From the IMG/VR virus record IMGVR_UViG_3300045921_000730, positions 1 to 64,000 of that record: a stretch of 64,000 bases of DNA; one strand, written 5' to 3'. Below are positions 19,366-29,586 of the stretch, one piece after another. The translations under genes were made by a program, and so were the position numbers. The notes beneath the pieces were generated by a model. It had not been told where the DNA came from and ran no database searches. It was given only the letters and a program-made list of their open reading frames with translations. The stretch's first letter is position 1, and the number at the start of each line of letters is the position of its first letter.

Positions 19366-19959
19366 TTATTTTTTATTTAAATTCATTTTAACTATATCAA
19401 ACATATGCTTAACGTCTTCTTCTTTGACGTTGCCGATGTTTAACGGAGAGGCTTTTTTAAATGTGTCGAAATTATCACGCAAGACTGCATAACGCAAATC
19501 TGTTCCTGATATTCCTGGTGTTCGTTCACCAGAACTTATTGCTATTAAGTCTAATCCTTTTTCGTTAGCATATTTTTTCAGCCTATCGAAGAGACTTCTT
19601 TCTTTTTCGTCTTCAAAATAATCACCACCCGCAAAGTAAATTAATTTTTTAATATTTGGTTTTTTGGATACTTCATCAACAACAGAAAACATATTTGATG
19701 TTGCATCGATGTTGATATCCGGAATTGCTTTTTTGATATACATAACTTTATCTTCTAAGCGAACAGGGTTTTTTTGATTATCAAAAGTTTTAGATACGTA
19801 AATTTTATACGGAATATTTTCTTTTTCGGCATATTGTTTAATTTTTAAAAAGTGTTCAATATGTCCCTTTGTTGGTGGCGAATAACGACCAAACGCAAAA
19901 ACAAAAGCATCACTTTGTTGTTCAATTAAAAATTTAATGAATGACATTATTTTTTCCAT
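19366..19959 (-). CDS. cytidylyltransferase-like (HIGH-motif) protein
   Basis: FAFGRYSPPTKGH, FAGGD, GISGTDLR; resembles the family seen in T4-like cyanophages. Confidence 0.8.
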   Translation of the reverse strand: MEKIMSFIKFLIEQQSDAFVFAFGRYSPPTKGHIEHFLKIKQYAEKENIPYKIYVSKTFDNQKNPVRLEDKVMYIKKAIPDINIDATSNMFSVVDEVSKKPNIKKLIYFAGGDYFEDEKERSLFDRLKKYANEKGLDLIAISSGERTPGISGTDLRYAVLRDNFDTFKKASPLNIGNVKEEDVKHMFDIVKMNLNKK

Positions 19960-21194
19960 TCTTTTGGTTGCGTAAAATTAATTCGTGAAAAATCTAACCT
20001 ATCAACTAATTTTACAACATCGTTGGTTTTTGAGTCTGCAAGAACTAAACCTTCTCCAGACGTTCCTCTATATTTACCTTCTTCTTTGAAGAAAGTTTCA
20101 ATGTCTTCAAGAGATTTTAACTTGCTTAAAATCATTAGTTTAATTTTTGTTAGTAAGTTAAAAATATCAAATAATAAAGTTAATTGTTTTTTTGTTTGTT
20201 TGATCATTTTAAGATAACGTTCTTTGGTTTTACTAACCTCTTCCTTTTTTGCTTGTGTTTTATATTTTTCAATATCAGCATTGAATCTTGTTTGAATGTA
20301 CGATTCAAAATCGGTGATGTGTTGTTCAACATTATCAACTAAACGACCTTGACGAATTTTTGAATTAATGTGCATTTTAATTAACTCTTTTAACTTTGAA
20401 TCGTCGTGTATTGCTTGAAGAAAACTTTTATCTATTTGTTGATATGTTTGCATTACAAGTTGTAAAAGTTTATTAATGTCTGAAACATCCTTTGGCGAAT
20501 GTGAAATTGTTTTTGTTGCATCGACAATTTTATTGCTTCGCCAAAAAACATTTGGTGAATGTTTTAAAGAAGATAAGTTTGGATTATATGTTGCGTGCAT
20601 TTCTTCAAACGTATTTCCAACATATTCTGTATGAAAAACAACACCCATTTTTGCATTTTTAATTTGGTTTCCGATGTTGGAATTTTCTAACACAGCATAT
20701 GTTAATACGTTTGGTGTAAAAACAATGTGTTCGTTTCCATTGATTTTTGCTTGTTGCAAATCAGCTTTAGTAAAGAGAAAATCGCCTTGAAGTATTGTAT
20801 TAATACCAATCTCCGGCAAATATTGAAGTGCTGTTGAAAGTTTTTCAGCTAATCCCTCCGTATTTTCTTCATAAATTTTATTTGCTGTTTCTTTTGTATA
20901 TCGTTTTCCGTTTTTAGAAAGTGCTGACTTTGTTCCAACAAAAAATTGGCCAGCATTTAATTCATTTTTTGGTATTTTCCCAGCAACAATACTTGGAGCA
21001 CCATCAATTTTAATCGTTGCAATAAGGTTAGTTTCTTTTTTTCCGGAAGTGAACGAAAGAAGTTGTGTTAAAAAATGTACAGCACGATCAATTCCTTGGT
21101 TATCAAAAACTAGGTCTTCGATGTGTTCGAGATGTTTTAGTTTTTGTTTTACAACAGTTTCCGTTTCAAATAAAAATTGTTTAAAAGATAACAT
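19947..21194 (-). CDS. conserved large-phage protein with ligase/NTase-like motifs, partner of the cytidylyltransferase
   Basis: HLEHIED, KIDGAPS, FVGTKS, LQGDFLF, FTPNVLTY, GEGLV, VKLVDRLDFS. Start trimmed to MLSFKQFLFE. Confidence 0.7.
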   Translation of the reverse strand: MLSFKQFLFETETVVKQKLKHLEHIEDLVFDNQGIDRAVHFLTQLLSFTSGKKETNLIATIKIDGAPSIVAGKIPKNELNAGQFFVGTKSALSKNGKRYTKETANKIYEENTEGLAEKLSTALQYLPEIGINTILQGDFLFTKADLQQAKINGNEHIVFTPNVLTYAVLENSNIGNQIKNAKMGVVFHTEYVGNTFEEMHATYNPNLSSLKHSPNVFWRSNKIVDATKTISHSPKDVSDINKLLQLVMQTYQQIDKSFLQAIHDDSKLKELIKMHINSKIRQGRLVDNVEQHITDFESYIQTRFNADIEKYKTQAKKEEVSKTKERYLKMIKQTKKQLTLLFDIFNLLTKIKLMILSKLKSLEDIETFFKEEGKYRGTSGEGLVLADSKTNDVVKLVDRLDFSRINFTQPKEWKK

Positions 21195-21582
21195 TAAATA
21201 AATCCTCACCAGACGGAGGTATTTATCACTTTTGGTTGATGGCACCCGAATCCCGCTTGTTCTTAAGAACAAGTGGTAGTTCAGCTTATTGTAGAATACG
21301 GACTTAACCTCTTGCTCACCCGTAAGAGTTATCATAAAAAACCTACATTTGTAGGATAACTAATTGTTTTTAACGACCTCGTCCTGTTTTACGAAACGTT
21401 TGTTGCTTTCTTTGGGGGAAGTTTGGATTGAACTTTTGAGGCAGTGTAGGTGGTGCCTTTTTTTGAGGTGGTGTCGGTTTGTTTGGTTTATTGTTACTCA
21501 TATGTTTCCCTCATAAAAAAATTATACACGCCCTGTTACTTCTTATTACGCATACAATGATCAAAATTTCAAAGAATGTGTT

Positions 21583-21659
21583 TGGTGCTGTCTCTCAGAT
21601 TCGAACTGAGGACCTGTCGCTTACAAGGCGACTGCTCTGGCCAGCTGAGCTAAGACAGC
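21583..21659 (-). tRNA. tRNA-Thr(TGT)
   Basis: GCTGTCT/AGACAGC acceptor stem + ACCA; GTCGC-CTTGTAA-GCGAC anticodon arm; TTCGAAT T-loop. Confidence 0.93.
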
Positions 21660-21869
21660 ATGAACTACTAATTATTTATTCCCTAATCCAACTAAGATTT
21701 TTAAATTCACCGCTGGGTAAACTTTTAGTTAATGTAAGAAAAGTTTCCCATTCAGAATTATTATCCATTCTTGGAAACAAATTTTCAACACCATAAAAAG
21801 TTTTATCTTCAATAAAAACACGATGCTCGAACGTGTTGTTTTTATAAGTTTCTTTGACAAGAATGACCA

Positions 21870-22079
21870 TTAGGATTCCTTTTCAAACATCTGTTCCCAA
21901 CATCTGTTAGTTATTTGCTCACGTTCTTCGGGAGTATAGTTTATCCAATTTTGGATTTCAACAAGGGTTCTAAAACAACCAATACAAGTATTTGTTTTTT
22001 CGTCAAGTTGACACACTCTTATGCAAGGACTCAACATAATTAAAATATCTCTTATTTTTGTCAGTGTTGTTTTTCGCAC
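21870..22079 (-). CDS. small Cys protein (DUF1289-like)
   Basis: SPCIRVC...CIGCFRTLVEIQNW. Confidence 0.7.
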   Translation of the reverse strand: MRKTTLTKIRDILIMLSPCIRVCQLDEKTNTCIGCFRTLVEIQNWINYTPEEREQITNRCWEQMFEKES

Positions 22080-22089
22080 AAGCGGTAGT

Positions 22090-22569
22090 TCATTTGAAAA
22101 AAGACCAAAATTTCTTTTTTCGATTGCATGCTATTTTGCTTGCTTGAAATAGTGGTGATGTTTCATCAAAATAACGAACTTCAATTTCGTCTATATTATA
22201 TATAGAATAATTTTCAAATTCACCGAACAATTTATATGATGTTGATGAAAGAATAATTGTTTTTCTAGTATAACAATCAACCATAATTTCAAGATAAGTT
22301 CTTCTACCCGATGGTAGTGTGATTTTTGTTTCTTTATCGAAAATATCTTTAAATTGAACGCCTGCGACAACCATGCGGACTACTGTTGTTTCAAGAGTTT
22401 TTAATGTTTCAATTGATGCAGTATCAAGATATAAATGAGAAAAATCTGACGTTCCTACATAAACAACAGACTTTTGTTTTTTATCAAATAAAAAATCAGG
22501 GTGTTGAGCACTAACGTTATGCCAACAAAAAATTAACATTACGGTGATCAACACCCTTATCACGATCAT
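22090..22569 (-). CDS. secreted/periplasmic protein
   Basis: Signal peptide ending VSA-Q; two Cys. Confidence 0.55.
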   Translation of the reverse strand: MIVIRVLITVMLIFCWHNVSAQHPDFLFDKKQKSVVYVGTSDFSHLYLDTASIETLKTLETTVVRMVVAGVQFKDIFDKETKITLPSGRRTYLEIMVDCYTRKTIILSSTSYKLFGEFENYSIYNIDEIEVRYFDETSPLFQASKIACNRKKKFWSFFK

Positions 22570-22585
22570 CTCTACAAGATTTAAA

Positions 22586-23098
22586 TTAAACTTCTTTCCA
22601 TATCATCAGTTTCTTAGATTCTTTATCGAGACGAACATTAATCTTGCCAATTTGTTGCTGGATAGTAGGTTCCATGCTTTGAATAAACCGCTTGGATTGA
22701 CGAAGAACAGCAACTGATACATTATGGTCCTTGATAAAGGATTCCACCGACATGGGAGTGGTTGGAATTGCTAAAAATGCTGCTTGAATTTTGTTTCCCT
22801 TTCGACCGCGCTTCTGTGGCACCTTGATTACAGACTTCTTTGTTGCTGTTTCAGGCTTTGTATGAATTGTTGCTGTGGACTTTGTTTGAGAAGCACTCGG
22901 AGTAAATAGGTTTTGATACTTTTGAACATCAAAATTTTGTGATGCAATAAACGTGCCTTGATCACGAAGTTGACGAGCAACAGATAATTCATCAGCAGAA
23001 AGATGAAATGCAGTACAAATTTGTTCGTCGGTTGGCTTGAAATGATCAATTAAAGCAAAACGATCATTCCATGATAGATGTGGCGCTTGTTTAGACAC
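22586..23098 (-). CDS. conserved hypothetical protein (possibly DNA-binding)
   Basis: GGAGG RBS; basic KRGRKG patch. Confidence 0.65.
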   Translation of the reverse strand: MSKQAPHLSWNDRFALIDHFKPTDEQICTAFHLSADELSVARQLRDQGTFIASQNFDVQKYQNLFTPSASQTKSTATIHTKPETATKKSVIKVPQKRGRKGNKIQAAFLAIPTTPMSVESFIKDHNVSVAVLRQSKRFIQSMEPTIQQQIGKINVRLDKESKKLMIWKEV

Positions 23099-23377
23099 GG
23101 TAAACCTCCTAATTTAAAATATTAGTGAATAGCTACAGAAATTGAATTTAGTGGACAAATAAAAATCCCTCTTGGACTTTCATATGTCTCGATCCAATCA
23201 CAAAATGGACTAAACATTTCAAAGAATGCGGAAAGTTGAGAATTAAATTCTTCATCTTCAGCAGAAAGAAGTTCTGTTTCTTCCGTCATGTTTTCCATCA
23301 TAAATTTCCTTTTAGGTTAAAAACACAAAGAGATTATCTAGTAAAATGATTACTGAGACAACAGATACAACTATTTT

Positions 23378-23599
23378 TTATTTGGAAATATAAGGGCCCC
23401 ATTTTTCCATGGGACACTCGGATTTAGCAAGTTTAGTTTTTGCAGGCAAAAAACATCCGCATGCTGTACAAATATTCAGATCATTTTTTGCTTCACATGC
23501 GTTACAAATGTCCATTCTGGATTGAGCAATTTCGTCATCAACCAGTTCTAACTTACCAGCAAAAGCGTCTTTGGCAGCGTCAAAAATATTATAACTCAT
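23378..23599 (-). CDS. small Cys-rich protein
   Basis: RMDICNAC..CTACGCF..KTKL..ECPMEKW. Start trimmed to MSYNIF. Confidence 0.7.
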   Translation of the reverse strand: MSYNIFDAAKDAFAGKLELVDDEIAQSRMDICNACEAKNDLNICTACGCFLPAKTKLAKSECPMEKWGPYISK

Positions 23600-24047
23600 T
23601 TTTCGTCTCGTAAGGAAAAACAACCCATGGAGAATCTTCTGGAATTGTAATCCATCTAAAATCAGGAACAAACAATGGAATGTTAAATTTCTTATAATAA
23701 AGACAGCAAGTATAAACACTTTTCTTTTGCTGTTCTTCTAAAACTGTCTTAACTTCTTTTAGCGTATTTCCAGTATCACAAATTTCGTCAACCAACAAAA
23801 CAATATTACCACCAATTTCAGGAATAAAGTTTTTGTGTTGCTTTTCGCCAGCTCCAGATTTAGATGAATAACTGATTGGCTCAAAAGGTATTCCAAGCAT
23901 GTGAGATAACATGACGCCAGGAATTAACCCTCCGCGCGAAATCCCAACAACGACTTCAAAGTTAAAATCAAGCCTTTCAAAAACATCTGCAAATGCTAAG
24001 CAAGCATTATGCATATCATTATATGTCGGCGCATATATGTTTTTCAT
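23589..24047 (-). CDS. type I phosphoribosyltransferase
   Basis: VVGISRGGLIPG, PRPP-binding loop VLLVDEICDTGNT, WVVFPYE. Confidence 0.9.
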   Translation of the reverse strand: MKNIYAPTYNDMHNACLAFADVFERLDFNFEVVVGISRGGLIPGVMLSHMLGIPFEPISYSSKSGAGEKQHKNFIPEIGGNIVLLVDEICDTGNTLKEVKTVLEEQQKKSVYTCCLYYKKFNIPLFVPDFRWITIPEDSPWVVFPYETKNEL

Positions 24048-24189
24048 TTAAACATCTCCAGAGATTAATTCTTAACAAGAATATACTCCATATATTTTAA
24101 AAAAGCAACAAAAAATTTAACCAAATATCACCAAAGAAAGCCGCCTGTTCTTTAGACAAGCGGTAGTTCAGACGTCTGGTGGTTAACAG

Positions 24190-24804
24190 TTAAATAACTG
24201 AATTAAATATTTTTCTAATCCGTCTTGCTGTTTCTAGAGCATATTTAGCGTCATCTAAAGCGTTGTGTTTATCGCGTACCGGTAAACCAAGTTGTTTAAA
24301 AAGATCGTCTGAGTTAAAAACATTTAAAGCAATGTATCCTAGCGTGCTTGTATCAACATGTCTGTTACCGAAATGTAAATTAATTCCTTCACTTCTCATC
24401 AACCGTCTAAGAAACCAAATATCAAATGTTGCAACGTTGTGTCCAAGAAGACGAATGCTGTTTGCTGGTCCCCAATACTTAATAATTAAATTGCCTATTT
24501 CTTCAACGGCATTTTTAGTGGAAATTCCGTGCTCGTCAAGATACTCTTTTGAAAGTCCGTGCACTGATTCAGCTTTTTCGCTCCATAAACTTTTTCTGTC
24601 CCATTGAATTTCAACATACAACTCTTCAACCGGCGTTAGTTTTTCGGCGTTAGCCACAACAAGTCCAAAAGAAACAGCCTGATAATATTCTTTTGTGGAA
24701 GAGTTAAAACTCGGATCATCTTCATTAAAAAAAAGACCAGAAGTTTCACAATCAATTGCCAACAAATATTGAAAATATCCGCGCGGTTTATCTTTTGGAC
24801 TCAT
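24190..24804 (-). CDS. DEDDh 3'-5' exonuclease
   Basis: AIDCETSG, LLGHNVATFD, HNALDDA. Confidence 0.9.
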   Translation of the reverse strand: MSPKDKPRGYFQYLLAIDCETSGLFFNEDDPSFNSSTKEYYQAVSFGLVVANAEKLTPVEELYVEIQWDRKSLWSEKAESVHGLSKEYLDEHGISTKNAVEEIGNLIIKYWGPANSIRLLGHNVATFDIWFLRRLMRSEGINLHFGNRHVDTSTLGYIALNVFNSDDLFKQLGLPVRDKHNALDDAKYALETARRIRKIFNSVI

Positions 24805-24814
24805 TTATTTTCCT

Positions 24815-25390
24815 TCAAATGAAAGTTTGCTTCCCTGCTGGTTTACTTGTTGCCATACCATCGAGTGTAGTTGCTTGTTCTAGAGTTTTGGCTAATTCTG
24901 TATAATGCGTGCCCTGTTGGTGATTCCATCCGCCTTGATATACGTGTGCATTCTGAGCCTCAAAAAATGCAATTTGTCCGATTCGTGTTCCTCGTTCAAT
25001 TGCTGTTTGACCACCAAACGTGTAAATTGTACATCCGACGTGTCCTTTGAAACCAGTATCATATAGGCCTGATGTAATGAATATCCCATTTCTGGTGAAT
25101 GTTGAGCGTGTAAATAAGATTGCACACATACCTTCAGGTACTTCAACATACATGTCTGACATTACATCATAAACACTCATGGCGTCCAAACGCCATATGT
25201 TGTTAATACATGGAATATCATAAATCTCACGCATTTGTTTGGTTGTTTCGCCAACATATGCCGGCTCAAGCTTAACGCGTTTCATGACATCTGCCGTAAA
25301 ATCAATTGCGTTTGGTTGTATTTGTTTTTCGGGATTATGAATTCCAGTAATCCATTTATTTTCGATCACAACCTTTGGATTAATAAACAT
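24815..25390 (-). CDS. dUTPase/dCTP deaminase-family protein
   Basis: QIQPNAIDF, TRSTFTRNG, GLYDTGFKG, GTRIGQI. Confidence 0.85.
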   Translation of the reverse strand: MFINPKVVIENKWITGIHNPEKQIQPNAIDFTADVMKRVKLEPAYVGETTKQMREIYDIPCINNIWRLDAMSVYDVMSDMYVEVPEGMCAILFTRSTFTRNGIFITSGLYDTGFKGHVGCTIYTFGGQTAIERGTRIGQIAFFEAQNAHVYQGGWNHQQGTHYTELAKTLEQATTLDGMATSKPAGKQTFI

Positions 25391-25392
25391 TA

Positions 25393-26217
25393 TTATTCTC
25401 CTTCAAATATTTTTAGTGTCATCATAACGTTATGATGAATTCTTTTTTGTGTTGCTTCATCGCTCACGTACGGATAATCAAATTGAACGTGCGCTTTTGG
25501 TTTTGAAACATATAAAAAGCTATCAGCGTTGTATGTATATTCGTGACCAAGAATAGCCATCCAAACTGGATTTGAACTATCGCAACTGTTTAGCGTTTTC
25601 ATTTTTAACAATGGTGGAATTTCTAGTCCGGGCCCGGCATTCAATCCAAGATAATGATGATATTTGTTGAAGTTGAAAATGCCTCTGTCAATTAAGATTT
25701 GCGTCATCACAACACGAGCATATGCAGCCGGAATATGTGGAAGCGCATTGGGAATGCCTAATATGGACATACCAATCATGTCTACGAGATGTGTTCCAGC
25801 AGCCCACCGATATGCTTTGATCCAATCTTCCATGTCACCTTTTTTGCTTTGAGGAACAAACATTGTACGGAATCCATTGTTGTGAATTAGATCAGCCCAC
25901 TCATGTGCTGCATCAATTGTTTTTTGTGAATGTTCAAACGGATAGTCAGGAAGCACAATACAGGAAGCTTCAATTTTATTTGCCAAATCAATTAGTTTTT
26001 CAGGCGCATACGAACGGCCAAGTTCAAAAGCACCATTATCACAAATAATAAAATCTCCTCTTTTACTCATTTTCAAATAGAAGTTTGCATAAACTGGATC
26101 TTTATCAATTAAATGTGCTAAAGCTAAATGAGTACGAGATTGAGAAGCATAATTTTCAAGATATGCTGTTGGTGCAATAATGCAAAAAGATGGTTTAGAT
26201 GGTAGTGTTTTAAACAT
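25393..26217 (-). CDS. TIM-barrel protein, possibly TGT/DpdA-like transglycosylase
   Basis: ICDNGAFELG resembles the TGT DSGGFQ motif; VLPD, MFVPQ, HYLG, SCDSS. Confidence 0.4.
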   Translation of the reverse strand: MFKTLPSKPSFCIIAPTAYLENYASQSRTHLALAHLIDKDPVYANFYLKMSKRGDFIICDNGAFELGRSYAPEKLIDLANKIEASCIVLPDYPFEHSQKTIDAAHEWADLIHNNGFRTMFVPQSKKGDMEDWIKAYRWAAGTHLVDMIGMSILGIPNALPHIPAAYARVVMTQILIDRGIFNFNKYHHYLGLNAGPGLEIPPLLKMKTLNSCDSSNPVWMAILGHEYTYNADSFLYVSKPKAHVQFDYPYVSDEATQKRIHHNVMMTLKIFEGE

Positions 26218-26249
26218 CTTGTGCTATCTCCCATATTGTAAATAAGTAA

Positions 26250-26516
26250 TCATACAAATGATGCAAAAATCCTTGTACAAAGAATATATGCATTTAGCAA
26301 TGTGTAGGCAACGCCAACAACGAGCCACTCTTTTCTGTTGGAGAGATAACTATCAATTGTCCATACGCCGTTTCCAATAAGAAAGAAAATCCACGGAATG
26401 ACTGATGTGCTTGCCGTTGATGGAAATTGGAGCAAAAATGTTCCTGTAAGGAGGAAAGAAGCACCAATCCACAGAGAAGCGCTAGCAATAATTTTTAGTA
26501 TTGTTTGTTTTAACAT
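26250..26516 (-). CDS. small multi-pass membrane protein
   Basis: Three TM segments; sigma70-like promoter upstream. Confidence 0.6.
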   Translation of the reverse strand: MLKQTILKIIASASLWIGASFLLTGTFLLQFPSTASTSVIPWIFFLIGNGVWTIDSYLSNRKEWLVVGVAYTLLNAYILCTRIFASFV

Positions 26517-26577
26517 AAAATTCTTTCAAAAACAAACAATATTATGTTAGGTTTTTTTAAAAAAGTCAACAATTACT

Positions 26578-27285
26578 TTATGAAAAGTCTTTAATTTTTA
26601 TCGTTTCGATAAGATTACCATCTTTCCAAACGGTTAGTATGGCATGTTCGGATGACTTTTCTTTGATGTGAACGACACCGCCGTGCCGTCTTGCTTTATT
26701 AACAATTTTTTCAACCAAATCGTCGATTGTTGTATCAACAACTTCTGTTGTTCCAGCACCAGGGATTTCAACGAAAATCCTTTTGTGTGTTGAAGCCTCA
26801 GTAATTGTATATGTTATTCTCCAGGGCCCGTCCAGTCCGCGAGCATCAGCAAGTTCTTTTACTGAATATTGAATCAATTCTTCATATTGTTTCCATGCTT
26901 TTTTGTTTTCAGGAGTTGGAACTTTAACGCCTGCCACTTCATATGCTTTATTTAATAAGTGTAAAGCATTTTTCCAGTTTTGTTCTAGGTCTTTAGCACC
27001 TTTACGAATATTTTTTCTAATTTCATGAACAACCAAACCGGGTAATTCATCTAGTTCTTCCGTTATTATATTTTCGATTGTTTTTTGTATTAAAGTTCTG
27101 TATCCGTAAACTTTTTCGCTATTTGTATCTTTAATAATTACTTTTTCAGGACGAAGTTTGGTTTTGGATCCAACGTCACGTTGTTTTGGATCTAATGTGT
27201 TGTGAAACTTCATTGGACGAGCAGTCTTGTCAAATTCGTTTTGTCTGGCTGGTCCTTTTAGTTTTATTTTCTTTCCAGTGTCCAT
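26578..27285 (-). CDS. hypothetical protein
   Basis: 235-aa ORF. Confidence 0.7.
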   Translation of the reverse strand: MDTGKKIKLKGPARQNEFDKTARPMKFHNTLDPKQRDVGSKTKLRPEKVIIKDTNSEKVYGYRTLIQKTIENIITEELDELPGLVVHEIRKNIRKGAKDLEQNWKNALHLLNKAYEVAGVKVPTPENKKAWKQYEELIQYSVKELADARGLDGPWRITYTITEASTHKRIFVEIPGAGTTEVVDTTIDDLVEKIVNKARRHGGVVHIKEKSSEHAILTVWKDGNLIETIKIKDFS

Positions 27286-27620
27286 TCGTATCCTTGACCC
27301 ACATATTTCGATTTAACTACTTTCCATCCTGCTTTTTCCATTTGTTTTACAACTTCACGCATTTTTGAGCGTTCGTTAATGTCTTTTGCGTATATTTTTG
27401 TTCTTGATACAACTGAAGATATGTTTCGTTTAATAGCATCGTAAGCACTATATGCAAGAACTCCCGTTAAAAACGAATGAGCACTAGCAAATCTTATTAA
27501 TCCTTTGCCTATATTTGAAATAATACCTTCGTTGAGTTGTTCGAACTTTATTGTATCGTCTTCTATAACAAGCGATGTTAATTTTCCGTCAAACGACCCT
27601 TCCCAAATTTTTTGTTTCAT
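27264..27620 (-). CDS. hypothetical protein
   Basis: ORF overlapping its neighbour. Confidence 0.6.
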   Translation of the reverse strand: MKQKIWEGSFDGKLTSLVIEDDTIKFEQLNEGIISNIGKGLIRFASAHSFLTGVLAYSAYDAIKRNISSVVSRTKIYAKDINERSKMREVVKQMEKAGWKVVKSKYVGQGYEWTLERK

Positions 27621-27654
27621 TTGCTATATAATAATTAAAAAGTGTATTATATAT

Positions 27655-28023
27655 TTATTTTGAATCGTTCGTAATAGTTTCTACGCGTTGTTTATTCGCA
27701 AAATAAATTTCGTCAACTTCTTTTTGTAAATTTTGCGTATTAACGTTTGCTTTCTTGTATTGGTCTAATATTGATTCATAAATTGAAATTAGACTTAATA
27801 ATTGTTCAATATCGGCATGCCAATACAACACAACTTTACCAGGATCATTAACATCGCCGTCGGTCAGTTTTGATATATATAAATCTGGTTTTTTTACTTC
27901 CGGTGGCGGAGGGCTAACATAAACCGGTCTATCAACATAAACAATTTCTGGTTTAACAATGTATTTTGTAGTCGGTTGACATGCAACCAAAAAAAGACAT
28001 AACGAAAGTAATATTTTTTTCAT
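27655..28023 (-). CDS. o-spanin-like lipoprotein (Rz1-like)
   Basis: Lipobox FLVA-C, Pro-rich segment; overlaps the upstream TM/coiled-coil gene by 4 nt. Confidence 0.65.
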   Translation of the reverse strand: MKKILLSLCLFLVACQPTTKYIVKPEIVYVDRPVYVSPPPPEVKKPDLYISKLTDGDVNDPGKVVLYWHADIEQLLSLISIYESILDQYKKANVNTQNLQKEVDEIYFANKQRVETITNDSK

Positions 28024-28454
28024 TTTGGACTTTCTTTGTTAATTTGTTTACCAATACTAACCAAATATTGAATTGCTTGCTCACACGTTTGAGGTTTATT
28101 TGGATTTTCGAGAATTTGTTTAATTCGAAGAGCAGAAGTTGCCTGTGATGCAGCAATTCTTGTTTTTAAAGATTCAAATTGTCTTAGTTGTTGTTGCGAA
28201 GCCTCAGACCATTTAGAAATTGCTTGATTAAATTTTTGAATTTCTTGTTGGAAGATTTCATTTGCTTCTTGGCATCCTTCCAGCTGCCCTTGTAAGGTTG
28301 ATATTTCAACTTTTAGATTTATATTGATTTCTTCAAGTTTTTTAATTTCGTTTTTTAAACCAATATAATGAAAAATAAAGAAAACAATCCCCAACAAAGC
28401 AATAATATGGATCCAATATTTTCTTAAAATTGTTAAAAGAAATTTAGTAAACAT
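28020..28454 (-). CDS. i-spanin-like protein (Rz-like)
   Basis: N-terminal TM, long coiled coil, two Cys. Confidence 0.65.
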   Translation of the reverse strand: MFTKFLLTILRKYWIHIIALLGIVFFIFHYIGLKNEIKKLEEININLKVEISTLQGQLEGCQEANEIFQQEIQKFNQAISKWSEASQQQLRQFESLKTRIAASQATSALRIKQILENPNKPQTCEQAIQYLVSIGKQINKESPK

Positions 28455-28726
28455 AATAATTATTCTGTATTTTTATTTTTAACAGCATTTGATAAAATTT
28501 TAATATTATAATCGTGAATATTCACAGAAGACTTTAATCTTTTGTTTTCGTGTTCAACAATATTTATTCTTTTTTTTAAAATCAAAATTGTATCCGACAA
28601 TTTCTTTAATTCTTCTTTAATTGTTTTTAAGTTTTTATCATCCATGAAATAAATTTCCTTTACAAACTATGACAGAACTTTTTTGTCTGAAAAAGAATAA
28701 ATAGTTTATTGAGTATTTATAGTTAT

Positions 28727-29017
28727 TTATTTTCTTTTTCTTTTTCTTTCTTTTGTATCCTTGTGATGGTCAAAATAGTTTATTGGTTTTTTTGAGACCC
28801 ATCTTATAAACTTTTGCATTTCTTCGTGTTCAATTAATCGTTCAATTGTATTGTAATAGTTGTATAATTCTTTTTCGCTGAACGTTGAGTGAATTTTTTC
28901 GTGGCAGATCCTATGAACTTTAATTGTTTCTTTACCTTTAAAGGTTTTTGGAATCAAATGGTGTTCATCGATCCACTCGGTACCGAGTTCACGATTACAA
29001 ATTGGACACGTTAACAA
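28727..29017 (-). CDS. small HNH endonuclease
   Basis: CPICNR..EHHLIPK..HRICHEKIH. Confidence 0.8.
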   Translation of the reverse strand: MLTCPICNRELGTEWIDEHHLIPKTFKGKETIKVHRICHEKIHSTFSEKELYNYYNTIERLIEHEEMQKFIRWVSKKPINYFDHHKDTKERKRKRK

Positions 29018-29092
29018 TTTACAACTCCTTCAAGAACGCGTCTAATTACTCCACTTTGGTTTAAAAGTGAATTGCCGGCTCAAGGCAGTAAT

Positions 29093-29569
29093 TCACTCAG
29101 AATCTTTGCATATTACTTCAATCGGAGGAATTTTGATTCCAGCAAACGTATAATCCTTTTTTTGAACAAAACGTGCTTGTAGTGTGTAAGCAACTCGTTC
29201 CAATTCATATTTTTCTTTGCAAGTTTCTTTTGGAGCGTGGTCGTATTCATCTTGAATATAATGAATTAATTCATGAAAAATAATACTTTGAAGTTTTGCA
29301 TCCGTTTCGATTTTTTCAAACGGAAGATTTTTACTTAAATAAATTGTTTTGTCATTACTGACAAAGCCGCTGTACCAACCTATGATTTTACAATCTTCAA
29401 TTGTACATTGTGCTTTTAATTGAAGTTGTGAGTGTTCAATAACAACAATCTGAGGAGGCAAAATTTCGGGATAATTTTCATGCGAAATCTCTGGATGTTG
29501 GTATTGCATATAACTTTGTAAGCCGACTGTAATTAAAAATTTTACTAAACTTGCTGAAAGCGTTTCCAT
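29093..29569 (-). CDS. hypothetical protein with HExxH (zincin-like)
   Basis: IIFHELIHYIQ..ERVAY. Confidence 0.55.
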   Translation of the reverse strand: METLSASLVKFLITVGLQSYMQYQHPEISHENYPEILPPQIVVIEHSQLQLKAQCTIEDCKIIGWYSGFVSNDKTIYLSKNLPFEKIETDAKLQSIIFHELIHYIQDEYDHAPKETCKEKYELERVAYTLQARFVQKKDYTFAGIKIPPIEVICKDSE

Positions 29570-29586
29570 AATTTTTCTCCGCTGAA

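Noticed and set aside
11531-29017. HNH genes (11531..12112, 28727..29017) as part of the TnpB/omegaRNA system or as IscB
   Set aside because: They are stand-alone short HNH proteins without RuvC or PLMP domains; the RE hairpin near 12149 is one of many scattered copies.
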